From positions 1 to 64,000 of IMG/VR virus record IMGVR_UViG_3300045051_000365: a stretch of 64,000 nucleotides of DNA; one strand, 5' to 3'. Shown piece after piece: positions 46,761-59,700 of this stretch (position 1 is its first letter; each line of letters begins with the position of its first letter). The notes under the pieces are model-generated. The model was not told the origin of the DNA, made no database searches, and saw only the letters and a program-made list of their open reading frames with translations. A program made the position numbers and the translations under genes. The DNA comes from a virus.

Positions 46761-47057
46761 ATGAAAGTAATCGCGACAGACGCTAATGATCGAGAAATAA
46801 TCTTCTATTCCGAGAACGGGGAACTAAATGCGATAGAGAAGCTATCCCCCGTAGACGATTCCGAAATAAACGAGATGATCGAATGTGGCGTTCATTTCGG
46901 ACGGGCGATCTCTTACGGCGCGTGGGAAATAGAGATCGAGCGGACGGACGCGGAAAAATTAGAGGCGATCGCCAACGTCGCCCGCGCATTCCCGCCGGAC
47001 GCGTCGATCGAGCTTTATCGGCGGGGAATAGAAGCTGTCCTCGCGATACTTGACTAG
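46761..47057 (+). CDS. Hypothetical protein
   Basis: AGGAG RBS, ATG at 46761. Confidence 0.55.
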   Translation: MKVIATDANDREIIFYSENGELNAIEKLSPVDDSEINEMIECGVHFGRAISYGAWEIEIERTDAEKLEAIANVARAFPPDASIELYRRGIEAVLAILD

Positions 47058-47110
47058 ACAAAAAATAAATCGTGTATAATGTCTTAGGTTGTCCCTAAGA
47101 CTTTTCCGCT

Positions 47111-47539
47111 ATGGACGAAAAAATAATTCAAGAAATAATCGATCGCTACCGAGGGGATGAGTATTTATCTTTCGTGGAAATAGCGGACGATCTGAAAATA
47201 GAATATCGTTCGCTAGTGGAAAAATTACAGCCACTAGCGAACGAGATCGAACTGAAAGTATTTAACCGCTCGGGCAATAGAAACGGACACGCGATAGATA
47301 CGAGTCCGTTCCTGCTAGACTATTACTATATAGTCGATTGCGATCTTAAAATTCTCGCCGAAACGTTCGGGTATAGCGATTACAGCAACGCTCTTAGAGC
47401 GATGCGAAAAAATAAACACTATATCGGCAAAAATAAAAATATGTTCTCAGAACTTCCCCATATTCCCCCGTTTCCGAAGAATACTAAAACCATGCGGGAT
47501 AGGAAAAAAAATAGGGATAAAATAAAAATAAATGATTAA
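47111..47539 (+). CDS. Putative HTH DNA-binding protein
   Basis: LSFVEIADDLKI; LAETFGYSDYSNA. Confidence 0.5.
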   Translation: MDEKIIQEIIDRYRGDEYLSFVEIADDLKIEYRSLVEKLQPLANEIELKVFNRSGNRNGHAIDTSPFLLDYYYIVDCDLKILAETFGYSDYSNALRAMRKNKHYIGKNKNMFSELPHIPPFPKNTKTMRDRKKNRDKIKIND

Positions 47540-47927
47540 TTGGAATATAGGGAAGCAAATAGCAATAGAAGCGTTCGGGGAAATGGTAGACGAGTTCGCC
47601 GGTGAAATAACCTACCAGATCCGCGATCCGAAATGGCAGTGGCCGCGGGAAACGCGACGGAGGAACAGCACGATCGCCGGTTCCCCCCGTGACATCGTGG
47701 ACACGGAAGAATTGAAAAATAGCCAGTTCACGGAAGATATTAGCGATACCTATAAGGTGATCGGCTACACCGCCGAACACGCCGCGCTAGTTCACGAGGG
47801 CTATCAAATAGAGCGGGCGGACGGGGGAGTAACCGACGTTCCCGCGCGCCCGTTTATCGATGAAGCGGTGAAGGAATACGATCCGCTAGAAAGCTACGCC
47901 GATATTTTACGGGAGAAGTTGGGTTAG
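47532..47927 (+). CDS. Tail completion protein (HK97 gp10-like)
   Basis: IVDT.EL.NS, A.LVHEG, PARPF...A. Confidence 0.75.
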   Translation: MINWNIGKQIAIEAFGEMVDEFAGEITYQIRDPKWQWPRETRRRNSTIAGSPRDIVDTEELKNSQFTEDISDTYKVIGYTAEHAALVHEGYQIERADGGVTDVPARPFIDEAVKEYDPLESYADILREKLG

Positions 47928-48042
47928 AACTATATGGCAATTAAATTTTACAAAAGTCCGTTTCACGCGACCGAATCGCCCGAGCGAGCCGATATGTTAT
48001 GCAAAATAGTTGATCTTTTGTTAAAAATAAGGGATATAAGAA

Positions 48043-48489
48043 ATGAACGAAACCGAACTAAGATCGACCCTAGCGGCGATCAGAAATAACCTGATTCTCG
48101 TTCTCGATTCCGACCTCGGAAAATACGAGATTTTAAATCCCTCGGGACAAAAAATAAGCGAGGTTCCCGCTATCTGGACAGAACCGCCCGAACTACCCTC
48201 GAATTATCGGGTAAAACCCGATAGCGGGATCGAGACGATAATCCAACGGGAACCCGATCCCGAATACGATTCCCTACTCGGGAACTATATCGAGGTCGCG
48301 AGATACACGATCGTACTCAAGCAGTACGATCTATCCCGTTCCCTGACCCCCGTTGTCGGCAGACTCCAGATCTGCCCGTACTGGAACGTCCTAGAATCGC
48401 CCCGCGTCACGTCCTACACGAAAACGCCCGAAGGAATTGTCCGCCCGAGAGCCGTTATCAAGGTATCGACGGCCAAAGTTTTAAGGTAA
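48043..48489 (+). CDS. Putative tail terminator
   Basis: Position between the gp10-like and tail tube genes. Confidence 0.55.
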   Translation: MNETELRSTLAAIRNNLILVLDSDLGKYEILNPSGQKISEVPAIWTEPPELPSNYRVKPDSGIETIIQREPDPEYDSLLGNYIEVARYTIVLKQYDLSRSLTPVVGRLQICPYWNVLESPRVTSYTKTPEGIVRPRAVIKVSTAKVLR

Positions 48490-48525
48490 AATATTACTTG
48501 AAACTTTAGGCAGAAAGATAAAATA

Positions 48526-49266
48526 ATGTCTACCTACGCGGATCTCAAGACCCCGGACAATCTAACCCCGGCGCGTAACACGAAAGTATTAGTGTCGGCC
48601 GTTTTTCCCTACGGCGATCCCGCCCCTGCTAGAACCGTCGCGCTCGCCGCGGGCGTTGACGAGGGAGACGATCAGATCACCGTGGCGAGCGGGGGATTCG
48701 GTCGCCTTCTATTCGAGGGAACCAAGATCGAGATCGGGGCTACCGGCAACTACGTCATCGTTCGGAAGAAAACCACGACCACGACGCAAGTAGCGATCGA
48801 CATCGAACCGGCAAAATTCTCCGATACTCTCGACACACCGACCCCGCAAACCTGCACGATCCGCGCGTGGATTCCTGTAATCAGCGCGAAGACCTACAAC
48901 ATCGACGCGAGTAATAACGAGGGTTCCGACTCCGTTTTCTCGGACGATCTCGCGATGGAGAAATTCATCGAGAGCGTCAACTACTCGGGTTCCGTCTCCG
49001 GCCCGGAAGTGTACGGAGATCCCTCCCTCAAAGTGATCACCGCGGCCGAAGAAGCGGGCGCGTGTCTGTACCTCGAAATCCTCAAACCCGGACAGCGCGG
49101 CGGGCGTAACGCTCAATGCTATGTTTCCCGCGGCGAGAACGGCGATAAAACCGCCTATCTCCAGAACACGATCAACCTCACGATCACGGGCAAGGCGGGC
49201 TACATCGATGGTATGGCAAGCTCTCCGTTCGATGGCGACGTGGTTCAAGCCGACTACACCTTATGA
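48526..49266 (+). CDS. Major tail (tube) protein
   Basis: Position, size, beta-rich sequence, high-expression codon usage. Confidence 0.7.
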   Translation: MSTYADLKTPDNLTPARNTKVLVSAVFPYGDPAPARTVALAAGVDEGDDQITVASGGFGRLLFEGTKIEIGATGNYVIVRKKTTTTTQVAIDIEPAKFSDTLDTPTPQTCTIRAWIPVISAKTYNIDASNNEGSDSVFSDDLAMEKFIESVNYSGSVSGPEVYGDPSLKVITAAEEAGACLYLEILKPGQRGGRNAQCYVSRGENGDKTAYLQNTINLTITGKAGYIDGMASSPFDGDVVQADYTL

Positions 49267-49538
49267 TGATCCGGCACTTGACGGACGCGGGGCAAGAGGT
49301 ATTTCTCGTGAATTGCGAGATCCGCGGTGAATACCTTTACTTCCGCGTCGGGGTGTTCGATCGAGAAATAAAGGACGAGAAAAAAACCTTCTATTCAGAC
49401 CCCGATCCGAGGGGACACCGGGACGAGTACGAACTAGAACTCGATCCCCTCTGGTTGAACGATCTACCGCGCGTAAAAAAAAATAAGCGAGTAAAAATAC
49501 ATGGCATTAAGCATCTTAGGAAAATTCAAGACGGATGA
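49263..49538 (+). CDS. Hypothetical tail-region protein
   Basis: Coupled ORF. Confidence 0.55.
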   Translation: MMIRHLTDAGQEVFLVNCEIRGEYLYFRVGVFDREIKDEKKTFYSDPDPRGHRDEYELELDPLWLNDLPRVKKNKRVKIHGIKHLRKIQDG

Positions 49539-50271
49539 AGCCCACTTTTTCCCGCTAAGGAAGGAATGGATCGGGTACATCGAGGAGGAAAAAGTATTAG
49601 AAAAACTCGATACGATCGTATCGGAAAAAGACGGGGAGATCGGGATCGAATTAACCAAGCGGTACGGGGTTCACCCGTCCGAGAATAAGGCTATTCCCGA
49701 AGCGTTCGAGAGACGGGAAAAAGCCGATAAAGTTTTTCTAGAACAGCTTAAAGCGGTTAGCCAGAAAACCGGGCTATCGATCGGGGAGGTCGAATCGATC
49801 GTCATGAGCGATAACTCTCTCGCCGAACGCGTCGAAGAAATCATGGTTTCCGCCGCGGAGATGACGGACTCGCGCCCCGAGGAAAAAATAAATATCGCGA
49901 AGGTCGTACAAGAATCGATCTCCGATTCCCGCAAAAAACGCCGCGAGTTTAGTAAAGAAACCGCCGATCTTATCGCGCCGTTTCTCGATGAATTAAATAG
50001 TCTATTTCAAGAAAGATCCGACGCGTTCGACAATTACAATCGCGAACTAATCACCTTGTTTTTAAATAGCCCGCGCCGGGTAGCGAAAGCCAATCCCAAA
50101 AAAGAACCCCTCACCCGCTCCGACATCGAAGGACTTCACCCGGCGATGCTGATCCGCTTTTATAACGATTACGTTTACCCCGATATTAACCAGTGGCCCG
50201 CGCCGCCCGCGGTGAGCGAACCCGAAAAAGAACTCGAACCCGAGGAGGAGGAAACCGAAAAAAAAGAATAG
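49501..50271 (+). CDS. Tail assembly chaperone (lambda gpG-like)
   Basis: Ends at a slippery A AAA AAA (50259-50265). Confidence 0.75.
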   Translation: MALSILGKFKTDEAHFFPLRKEWIGYIEEEKVLEKLDTIVSEKDGEIGIELTKRYGVHPSENKAIPEAFERREKADKVFLEQLKAVSQKTGLSIGEVESIVMSDNSLAERVEEIMVSAAEMTDSRPEEKINIAKVVQESISDSRKKRREFSKETADLIAPFLDELNSLFQERSDAFDNYNRELITLFLNSPRRVAKANPKKEPLTRSDIEGLHPAMLIRFYNDYVYPDINQWPAPPAVSEPEKELEPEEEETEKKE

Positions 50272-50717
50272 ACGACGCGATAGAGGCGAGGTTAGAGGCG
50301 ATAAGCAACCCGATCGAATGGGAGAAGATCTATTTCCAGTGGTTCGCTTGGGGACTGCCGGCCGAAGAATGGCACGAGTGGCCGGACTGGATGATCCTCA
50401 AAAAATGGTCGGGAGTGCAACGGGTCAAGGCGGAAGAAATAAACTCGCTATCGGGAACCGCAAGCCAGATCGCCGCGATGGTTCACGCGTACATGAAAGC
50501 GCAAGCCAAAGATAGCGGGAAAGTGGACGATCTCTCGCCCGGCGATTTTCTCCCCTACCGACTAGAGAAAGAGAAAGAATATTTCTTCGATCCCGAAACC
50601 GCCGAAGTATTGGTAGAGGCGTTAAAAGCCGGGGAGGTTCCCGTCTACGCCCTACAGATAATCGTGGATTGCGGACTTTACGACGAACTTATACTGCTAG
50701 GGGATAAAACAAAATGA
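50259..50717 (+). CDS. Tail assembly chaperone -1 frameshift extension (gpT-like)
   Basis: The -1 frame is open from the slippery site to the tape measure start. Confidence 0.75.
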   Translation, partial: KKRIDDAIEARLEAISNPIEWEKIYFQWFAWGLPAEEWHEWPDWMILKKWSGVQRVKAEEINSLSGTASQIAAMVHAYMKAQAKDSGKVDDLSPGDFLPYRLEKEKEYFFDPETAEVLVEALKAGEVPVYALQIIVDCGLYDELILLGDKTK

Positions 50718-53700
50718 CGCTCTCGCTCGGTACGCTTGAAATCGGATTAGGGCTAAATACCGCCGATTACGATCGGAAGATCGCGAGAGCGGAGAATCGG
50801 ATCTCCTCGTTGAAACGTCAGGTCGAGCGCGTCGGCATGACCGCGAGAATCAAAGTAGAGGTTGACGATCGCCGCCTCTACGAACTGAACGATCACCTAA
50901 AACTCAAACGGGACGACCTCGATAAAACCGCCGCGCACTACCGACGTAATCCGATCCGCGTTCGAGTGGAAGACGATTCCCTAATCCGCCTCAATCGGGA
51001 GTTGCGGGAATTACAGCGCGTCAGCGTCGATATACGGGTTCCCTCTCGCCTCGTTGTCGAACATCGCTTCTCGGGGTATCAGGATCGGGTAGAAAAGGCG
51101 ATCGAGCGATTATCCGTCACCGTTCGTAACTCTAGCCCGCGTTCCCGGAATCCCCTCGAAAAACTATTTAATCTGACCGTGGGCAACGCGGTCGGGGGAT
51201 TTTTCACGGGGGCGGGAGCCTACGCGGGAGTAAAAGCCGGAAAAGGTTTTTATAAGGGATTCGATACCGACTTCGACGCGATCGGGCGGGAATTCGGCAT
51301 TTACACGAAAGACAAGGTGGATCGGGTCAAAAAAGGACTCGATACGGGATTTCGGGAGTTGCTAGGGTTCCCCGATGGATTGAAAGACGCGAAACGCCTA
51401 TTTCAAAAGAATTTTGATACTTTCCTCGATAACATCACCGATCCGGGGTTTTACCGGGATCTAGAGGATCTTTTCGTCGCGATGGCGCAAGCGAAGTTCG
51501 ATCCCTCGATCCTGAAAGCCGGGGCAAAACTAACCGAGAGCCAAGCGGCCGATAAAAAAATATTCGAGGAAGCGCGGGGAAAAGTAGTTTCTCGATTCGA
51601 GGAAACGGTTAAAGAGGATTTTGTCCGAGCGGCCGGGGCTTTCATGAAGCTATCGGCTCAACCCCTGCGAGTTCGTAAGCGGGTACAACTCCGGGACTCT
51701 TCCGAGATGGCCCGGCAACAGTCGGGAATTTTCGGGCGGGAATACGACGCGGTTCGGGACAAGATCGACGCGTCCGATAATATCGTTCTCATGACGGGCG
51801 GCGTTGACCCGACAAAATCGAAGCGGGGCAAGCCCAATGTAGATACGACCTATCAGATCGCCGCGGGAATTCAAGCTCTTTTCCCGAAAGCGTTCGTAGA
51901 TACCATTACGCCCTATCACACGACATCGATCGAGGATCTAGAACAGGGCGCGTATAACCGGATCTTGCGGGGATCGATCCTGCCGTTTATCAAAGAACAG
52001 AAAGACGCGCTCGCTAACCTTTTTGGCGAGAAGATGGTTAACGACATCATCGCCAACCTCGAACAGTTTCACCCGGTAGAGTCGATCCTCCGGCAGTCTG
52101 TCGAGAAGGGCTATAACGACGACTCGATCCGGATGGCCACGAAAGCACTATCCGCGTCGATGATGTTCCCCGATAAAAAGATCACCCTCGCCGGGGCATC
52201 GGGGGGCGGCTTCGTCGTGGAAGAGGCGATCGCTATCCTCAATCAGATAGCGAAACGGTTTCCCGAATTACGAAAAGCGATCTCGAATATCAAGGGATTC
52301 GCTATCGGTACTCCGATGGCCGGCATGACGGCGACAAGTGGCGGGATAAAGGGAGAGTACGCCAAATTCCAAGCCTATATCGGAACGCTAGACCATATCG
52401 GGAAAGGATTTTTCGGGGATACCCTGTACGCCGGGGACAGAAAAACGGCGAAACCGAACGAGATCGAGAGACTCGATAACGAGATCGCTCTCCCCGGCGG
52501 GATATTAAATCCGAAAAATAATCTGCAAACCGTGATCGGCGGATGGGGATACGATCACGAGGTCGGGAAAATGCTCGCGGATCTCGGAAAGCCCGTTTCT
52601 GAATTCCTGCTACTCCTTTCCTCGTTCCTGAATAACCGGGTAATGCGACCCGAAGAAGCCAAGCGACTAACGGGAGTATTCGAGAAAATAAAATCCCTGA
52701 AAGTCGGGCAAGATGCTAACGCCTATATCGACGATCTCGCGGCGATTATCAAAGAGATCGGAAGCGTAAACAAAAAAATAGGCGGGATTCTCGATACCAA
52801 AGAACTCGGGACGCTATTGCGAAAAACCCGACAACTAGCGCGCGCGACGGGGAGCGAGGGAGCGAAACAATTCGAGGGACAGATCGCTAGGGAGATCGAG
52901 GGGGTTCTGAGATCCGGACTCGGGATCGATAACGTGGCCGGACTCGGGGAACGCGGGGGCGGGCAAACCTCTTTAGTCGTTCGCAATATCTCGGATCTAA
53001 TCCGGGACGCGTTCAACGAATTAGCCCGAAGACAGGGCAAGCCGTCGCCGTATCCCGAATCGGACTTTCAGCCGCTCGATCCCTTTCTCGAATCGATCGC
53101 CACGATCGAGGACGCGCTACGCAAGTCGGCCGAAGAATTAAATTTGCCCGCGGGTGATTTCGGAAGCCTGATCCAACTATGGAAAGCGGGCAAGGCGACG
53201 GAACCGCCGGTAAGGGGCTATGCCGACGAATTCCGTTCCGTGTACCGGGATTTTCTCAAAGAACTCGGGAAACTCTCGAAACTAGGGAAAAACTATTTCC
53301 AGAAAAGCGAGGACGGGAGAACGAAAGTAGATTTTTACAAACTTCTTTGGGATTCCGCGAAGATCGCCGCGGCCTACGGACAGCCTCCCTACGCGGAAAT
53401 GTCCGGGAAATACCGCGAGCAAACTTTCAATACACCCGAAGAGAAACAGATGGAAAAAGCCTTACTCGCTTTTTTCAAGCTGTACGAGAAAGACGCGGAA
53501 ATATTCAAGAAGCAATATCTAGAGATCGCTCTAGAGGCGAAAAAGCTGTACGCGGCGGGAGATCCCGCGGGATTACAGAAACTAACCGAACTTCTGTCCA
53601 CCTCGAAATTCTCGCGGATCGCGGAACTCGGGAAGAATATAAAAACCGCGAAGAGCGGCAGGATCGGCAAAGAAAAAGCCCTCGGGGAAGGAACGAACTA

Positions 53701-56700
53701 CAAACGCCTCGCGGGATTCTTGGACAAGTTGCTAGAAAGTCTCGTCCGGTACGAGGTATCGAACCGACAGGATACGAGTGGGTTCGGGGAACTCGCCGCC
53801 GCGGGCTACGGTATTAACGCGATCCTCGATTTCGTGAATCTCGCGGCAGAACGGGGCAAGGAATTCGCCCGCGTCCCCGATCTCCTAAAATCGTCACAAA
53901 TACAATCGGCACTAGAAGATCCCGAGATCGCTAAAAAATTCGAGATCAAGGCCGAGAACATGAAATCGGCCTTACAAGAGGTTTACGCCAATCTAGAAAC
54001 GCCCCTAGAAAGAAAGACGGCCGAAATTGTCGAGGCTTACGTTAGCGGTATCTCGAAACTGATCGACTCGATCGACGCGGAGATCGTCGCCCGAAAAGTT
54101 TCTACCCCCGTCACCATTGACGGCAGACTCCGGGAGATGGCCGTCAATCGCCTACAGACCCCCGACCGCAATAACGAGATCGTCAACATCGCGGGGAACG
54201 AGGATACCGCGAGTCTACTGCTACAGACGGCCAAGCGCGAGATCTTTAATGCCCTCAATCTCTCGGATAAATCGCTCTGGAAGGGGGCGAACGCGACGAT
54301 CCAGATCTTCGATCGGCTCGTCATCGCCGCCCGAAAGGTAGAATCCGCTTTTCTCGGGAGAATACCGGCGGCGATGGCCGCGAAGAATATAGCGGCTCCC
54401 GTTGTCGCGCCGATGGCGTTGGGGGCGATGACCCTCGCGGGATTGCCCGATGATGTCGCTCACGGGATCTATCAATCGCTATACAACGTTTTTCACGAGC
54501 TTTACAAAACAGGAAGCGATAAATACGTCCAGGAACTAGCCGCGCATATCAAAGACGCGCTAGATATTGCGGTTCCCGCCGACGCGAACCCCGCTATCCG
54601 GGGGATTATTCAGGGCGTGAACATGGCGACCGAACAGATAGCTAACGCGGTGATCGCGCCGATACAAAGCGTTGCAAACTCGATCGTGGAAGGAGAATCC
54701 GCGGGAACCGCTTACGCTACCGCGACGACAGTAACGGGATTCGCCGTAGAAACCCTATTCGGGACGGCCAGAAAAGCGATCGCCCCGAAAGCGTTAGCCC
54801 CCGAAAAACTTGTCGAACTAGAAGCGAAAGGGATGGCACTAGGCGCGTCCCTCGCTAAACTTACCGATTCTCTCTCTAGAATCACGAATAATCTGCCCGC
54901 GCTCCCCCCCGGCGTTGACCCTTTCAAGCGGGAATATTACACCCGCGACCGACTACGGGAGATCGCTCGCAATCAGGGATTGAACGTACTGCCGGGCGGG
55001 AGTAAAAAAACGCCCTCGGTCGATGATTACTGGAAGGCGATTATCTCGAAAGTCCCGCCCGAGACGTTAATAAAACTTCTCCTCGCCACGAACGAAAAAG
55101 GACGCACGAAAGCGGGACGCGAGGCGTTAGCGGGGATGAGTTACGCGGCCTCCCCGATCGATAAAGGATTCGTGACGACGATCGGGCAGTCGGTCGCGAC
55201 CGTCCGTAAAATGGCGAAAGGCTCGCTCGCGGAAGCGGAACCCGATCCCCGCAAGCTCGCGGAATACTACCGGCAACTACAGAAAATCAAGGGCGAGATC
55301 GCTAAAGTTCGAGCGAACCCCGAACTCGACACATCGGGACTCAATCGCAACCTTAACGCCCTCGTTATTAATATCGAGAATTTACAGGGGGATATTCAAC
55401 GCTCGATCGGGAACCTAACAAAAGGAGCGAATAACGAGCTAGATTCCGCGAGACTGAACACCCGCGAGATCGGGGAGAACGCTATAGACGATCTCGATGA
55501 CGCGCTCGGGAACCGATCGCCCTCGTGGAAAGGAAAGCGATCCGGGAAAAACCTGATCAAGGGATTGGAAATAGGAACCGCGGAAGAGGCGAGAGTCTTT
55601 ATCGGTCAGATCGACGCGCTATTCCGAGATATTAATAAACGCCTTGAACTCAACCAGAAGCAGGGCGGAAAATTCCTGATCTACGCGAGACGGGAACACC
55701 TCGACTCGATTATGAACACGGGCTACCAAGCCCTACACCCGAACAGCAACAAGGATCGCTCTCTCCGAAAACGATTCGAGAACGCTATCCGTCCCGACTA
55801 CTCTCCCGAGGGGGTCAGTCCGATTTACGGGTTCTGGCATCCCGACGCGGCCGGTAAATTCATCGGAACCGGGGGAGGGATAAACCGACCGCGCGCGCTG
55901 ATGGCTTTCGGAACCCATAACTACGGCGGGAGAGAACCCGTAGCCCTAGAGGGTTTGTTCAACCCCGATCGGATGATGTTACACGCGGGCGACAGTCTCG
56001 GGATGGCAAGCGGGCTGGCAAGCTCCGCTCCGATGTCGCGCGATATGGTCGAGCGGATAACGTCCCGTTTCGGGAGACTCATCGAGGCCGACATCCCGAA
56101 AATGTTCGAGAAATTCCGAATCGCTACAGGAGACGAGGAATTTAGTTCGGACACTTACGGCATGGAAGGGATCTTGTGGGATAAATTCCTTCTCACGGCA
56201 GTAGGCGCGTTGCACACCTATGACGGACAGATCGGGGGAGTCCGTCCGTTCGAGGACGGTACAAGGGAACTGGCCAAGAAAAAAGGCATCGAGCTACAGG
56301 ATCTCGAATGGGTACAAGACCCGAACGCGAGCGATTGGGACAAGCTTCTCGGGCGTGACGGGATGTTTCAAGAGCGGACGCAACCCGGCGCGATCAAGCA
56401 ACAGATGTCGCGGTTCCAAGAACTTTATAAGCTCTGGCAAGATCCGAGCCTGCCCGCCGGTAAACGTAAGGATATTTTTATCGAGCTATCCGTCGCGCTC
56501 CTCAAGCAACAGGGAGAACTCCGAACGATCGCTACCGCTATCGGCGCGGATATGTCTACCTTGATGTTCACCGCGGGCAAGGTCGGCGCGTCCAATTTCC
56601 AAAAAGGTTTACAGATCGGGGTCGCCACGAACGAGGCGGAAAAAATCGCCTACCAGAACGCGCTCGACATCGTGGACGAGACGAACAAGGGACTCGGGAA

Positions 56701-59700
56701 CGCGTCGCCGTCCAAAAAAGCGATGAAAGCGATGCGGTTCTTCTACGAGGGACTAGCGTTAGGCGCGCGCCAGATCCGCTTCGGACTAGGACTAGAAACC
56801 CGCTTCGATAAAGAGGTGAGCGACTTTACTTTCTTTGTCGGGATGAAGTCGAAAGAAGCCCGAAAAGCGGTGCTTCAGGCTCTTAAAGAGATGGGGCTAG
56901 ACCGCGGGGAACGCTTACAGGTTATCGACGAAGTTCTCGGATCGATGGATTCGGGAACCTTTACTTCCCCCCGCGCTTTCCAAGCGATGAAGCGGGCTAC
57001 CGTTATCGCCCGCCCGAAAACAACGCGAGAAGAAATCCTCGGGGATTGGAACAAAAAACGCGACAATTTATTTAACACCCTCGATAGCATCGAGAAAGCG
57101 GGAGTTTCTAGCGGGTTCACGAGAGGGATCGTTAGCGGTATCCGCGTCGCCGTCGCGCAACTCGACGGATTTATAGGTTCGCTATCGACGGCCGGTAAAC
57201 TACTACGGACGATCGATAAGGAACTCGACGCGGCCACGGGCGGGATGTTCAATCTCAGAAAAGCCGCGCTCGCGGTAGTCGGGGGATTCGCTCTACTCAA
57301 GGGAGCGGAATTCTTATTACAGCCGCTTTATTTCGGTATTCAAAATCTTCCCTTCACCGTACAGCAAGCGGTAACGAACTCGCTTCAGTCTCTAGTCGAG
57401 CTACAGAGAATCAAGGTTAACCTCGATGTCGCCGGGGTAGACAACGCGGACGAGGCGATCGGACAGTTGCGGGATCGGGCTAACGAACTCGGTATCTCGT
57501 TCAAAGAGAGCGTGAAACAGTACGCGCAATTCCGGATCGTCACTACCGACACCCCGCTAGAGGCTCAGGGCGATTCTATCTACCGGGGATTTCAATCGGC
57601 TCTCGCGGTGCGCAATACCAACCCGCAACAACAGACCGAGACATTCCGGGCGATCAATCAGATGGCCTCCCGCTCCGTTCTGTCGGTGGAAGAATTCACC
57701 CAACAGTTAACCGAGTCCGGGGGACTTTACGACGCGCTGATCGTCGCCGCCCGAGCGATGGGACTAACCACCGCCGAATTCTACCGGCAAGCGTCCGCGG
57801 GACAATTGTTATCGCAAGACGTGATCCCCCGGTTATCGGCCGAATACGAGCGGATGAGCGCGGGGGGACTCGGGGAATCTGGGAAAACCCTACAGGCGGA
57901 AATTAACCGCTATCAGAATAATCTCGAACAGTTATCGATGGGAGTCGGGGAGAAGATCGGCGCGGTAGCCTATCCCGCTCTACAACTGCTGAACGTCGCG
58001 CTAGGGGGGGTAAACGACAACCTCGACGCCTTGTTAATTGTCGCGAGAGCCGCGCTTAACGTCACGATCGGGTTAGTCACAAAATCCGTCCTACAATTTA
58101 TTGCCGCCACGCGACTCGGACAGCTTGTCCTTTCTTCGTACAATGCCGCTCTTTTTACTACTGGAGTACGCGCCGGAGAAACCGCCACGCGGATGCAAAT
58201 GTTGTCAGCGACAGCGAAAGCGACGGGGGTAGTTTTTAATTCGGCTATTTCGGTAATGGCGATCCCTCTCGCCGTGACCGCGGGATTACAACTATTCTTC
58301 GCGATCTGGAACGCGGGGAGCGAGGATCTTCGTAACAATCTACAGACGATCAAAGAATCGAAAAAAGTATTAGAAGATCTCGGGAAAATCAAGCCCGAAT
58401 CTAACCGGCAAAATTTCCTAGAAAAAGTTTTCACGCCGGAACAAACCAAAAAAGATCTATCCGAGGGGAACTGGTGGGATAAAACGGTCGCGCTCTTTAC
58501 GTGGAGTCCGTTCCGGGAAGCGGGAAAAGTCGGATTCGATAGCTACGGAACGAGCAAGGATATTCGGAATATTAACGACACCCTAAAAGAAGGCGAAACC
58601 GTCCTAAAGGGATACAGGGATCAACTTTCCGATGTAACCGGGATCGATAAATTTATCGATTCCCTGCAAGGTCTTCGGAACAAGCTCGCTCAGGTTCGCG
58701 CGGAACGGGCGATCGCCGCGGGGAAAGGGGATTCCGCGGGAGTGGCGCGGGCGAATACCGTCGAACAAGAACTGATGAAACAGGAACAGGAAGCGATCGA
58801 TAAACGCTTCGGTTCTCTAGGGTCCCGTATTGCCGCGGATCTGCAAGCTTACGAAAGCTCGCTCGCGAAACTGGAAGAGTCTTATCAAAAAGGCAATGTT
58901 TCCGTAGACGAATACACGGACAAATCGACAAAACTTAAAGCCGTAATCGCCCAACTCAAAGCCGAACAGCAGAATTATCTCAATATACTCAAGGATCAAG
59001 AAAAGCAGTACAAAAAACTTCAGTTCGGTTTTAAAAGAACCCTTAACGCTCAAGAAAATCGAGACTTTATTAACGCTCGAAAATCCCTGAATCGGCAGAT
59101 CGGCAACGAGAAGGGATTCGCCGCGGGACAGCTTAACGAGTACGAATTTAACGTCAGGGTGCGGGAGGAATCGCTACAGACGGCAAAAGAGAAAATCGCC
59201 TCGCTACAGACAACCGCGACGGAAACGGGGGCAAAACTCAATACCCGCATCACCGAAGCGGCCGATAAAACCCTCTCCACTTATTTCGGCAAAGACCTCG
59301 AACGGCTCGGGGTTGGCAGTTTTTCCGAGGCGATCGCGAAAAACCTCCTCTCCCCGAAAATGATCGAGGATGTCATGGACGAGTTTTCGGGAGATCTCGA
59401 ATCGAACGCCGCGCTAAAAAATATCCTAGAGATGGCGAAACGGTACGTCTCTACCCGACAGGATATTCTATCCTCGGAAAAAGAGATTCAGGCGATCAAC
59501 CGGGAAATTATTACCGAGCGGAAGCGTCGCCAGATAAACGAGAAACAGGCGGGGAACGAGGTTCTTATCGCCGGGAAACAGGAAAAACTCTATTCCTCTA
59601 CCCCGACCGGAAAACTCCGCTCGTTTCAATCGTCCGAGACGCGGCTATCCCTAGAAGAACTTTACAAGCAACTGGCGATCGAGCAGGAACGGCTCGCGGC

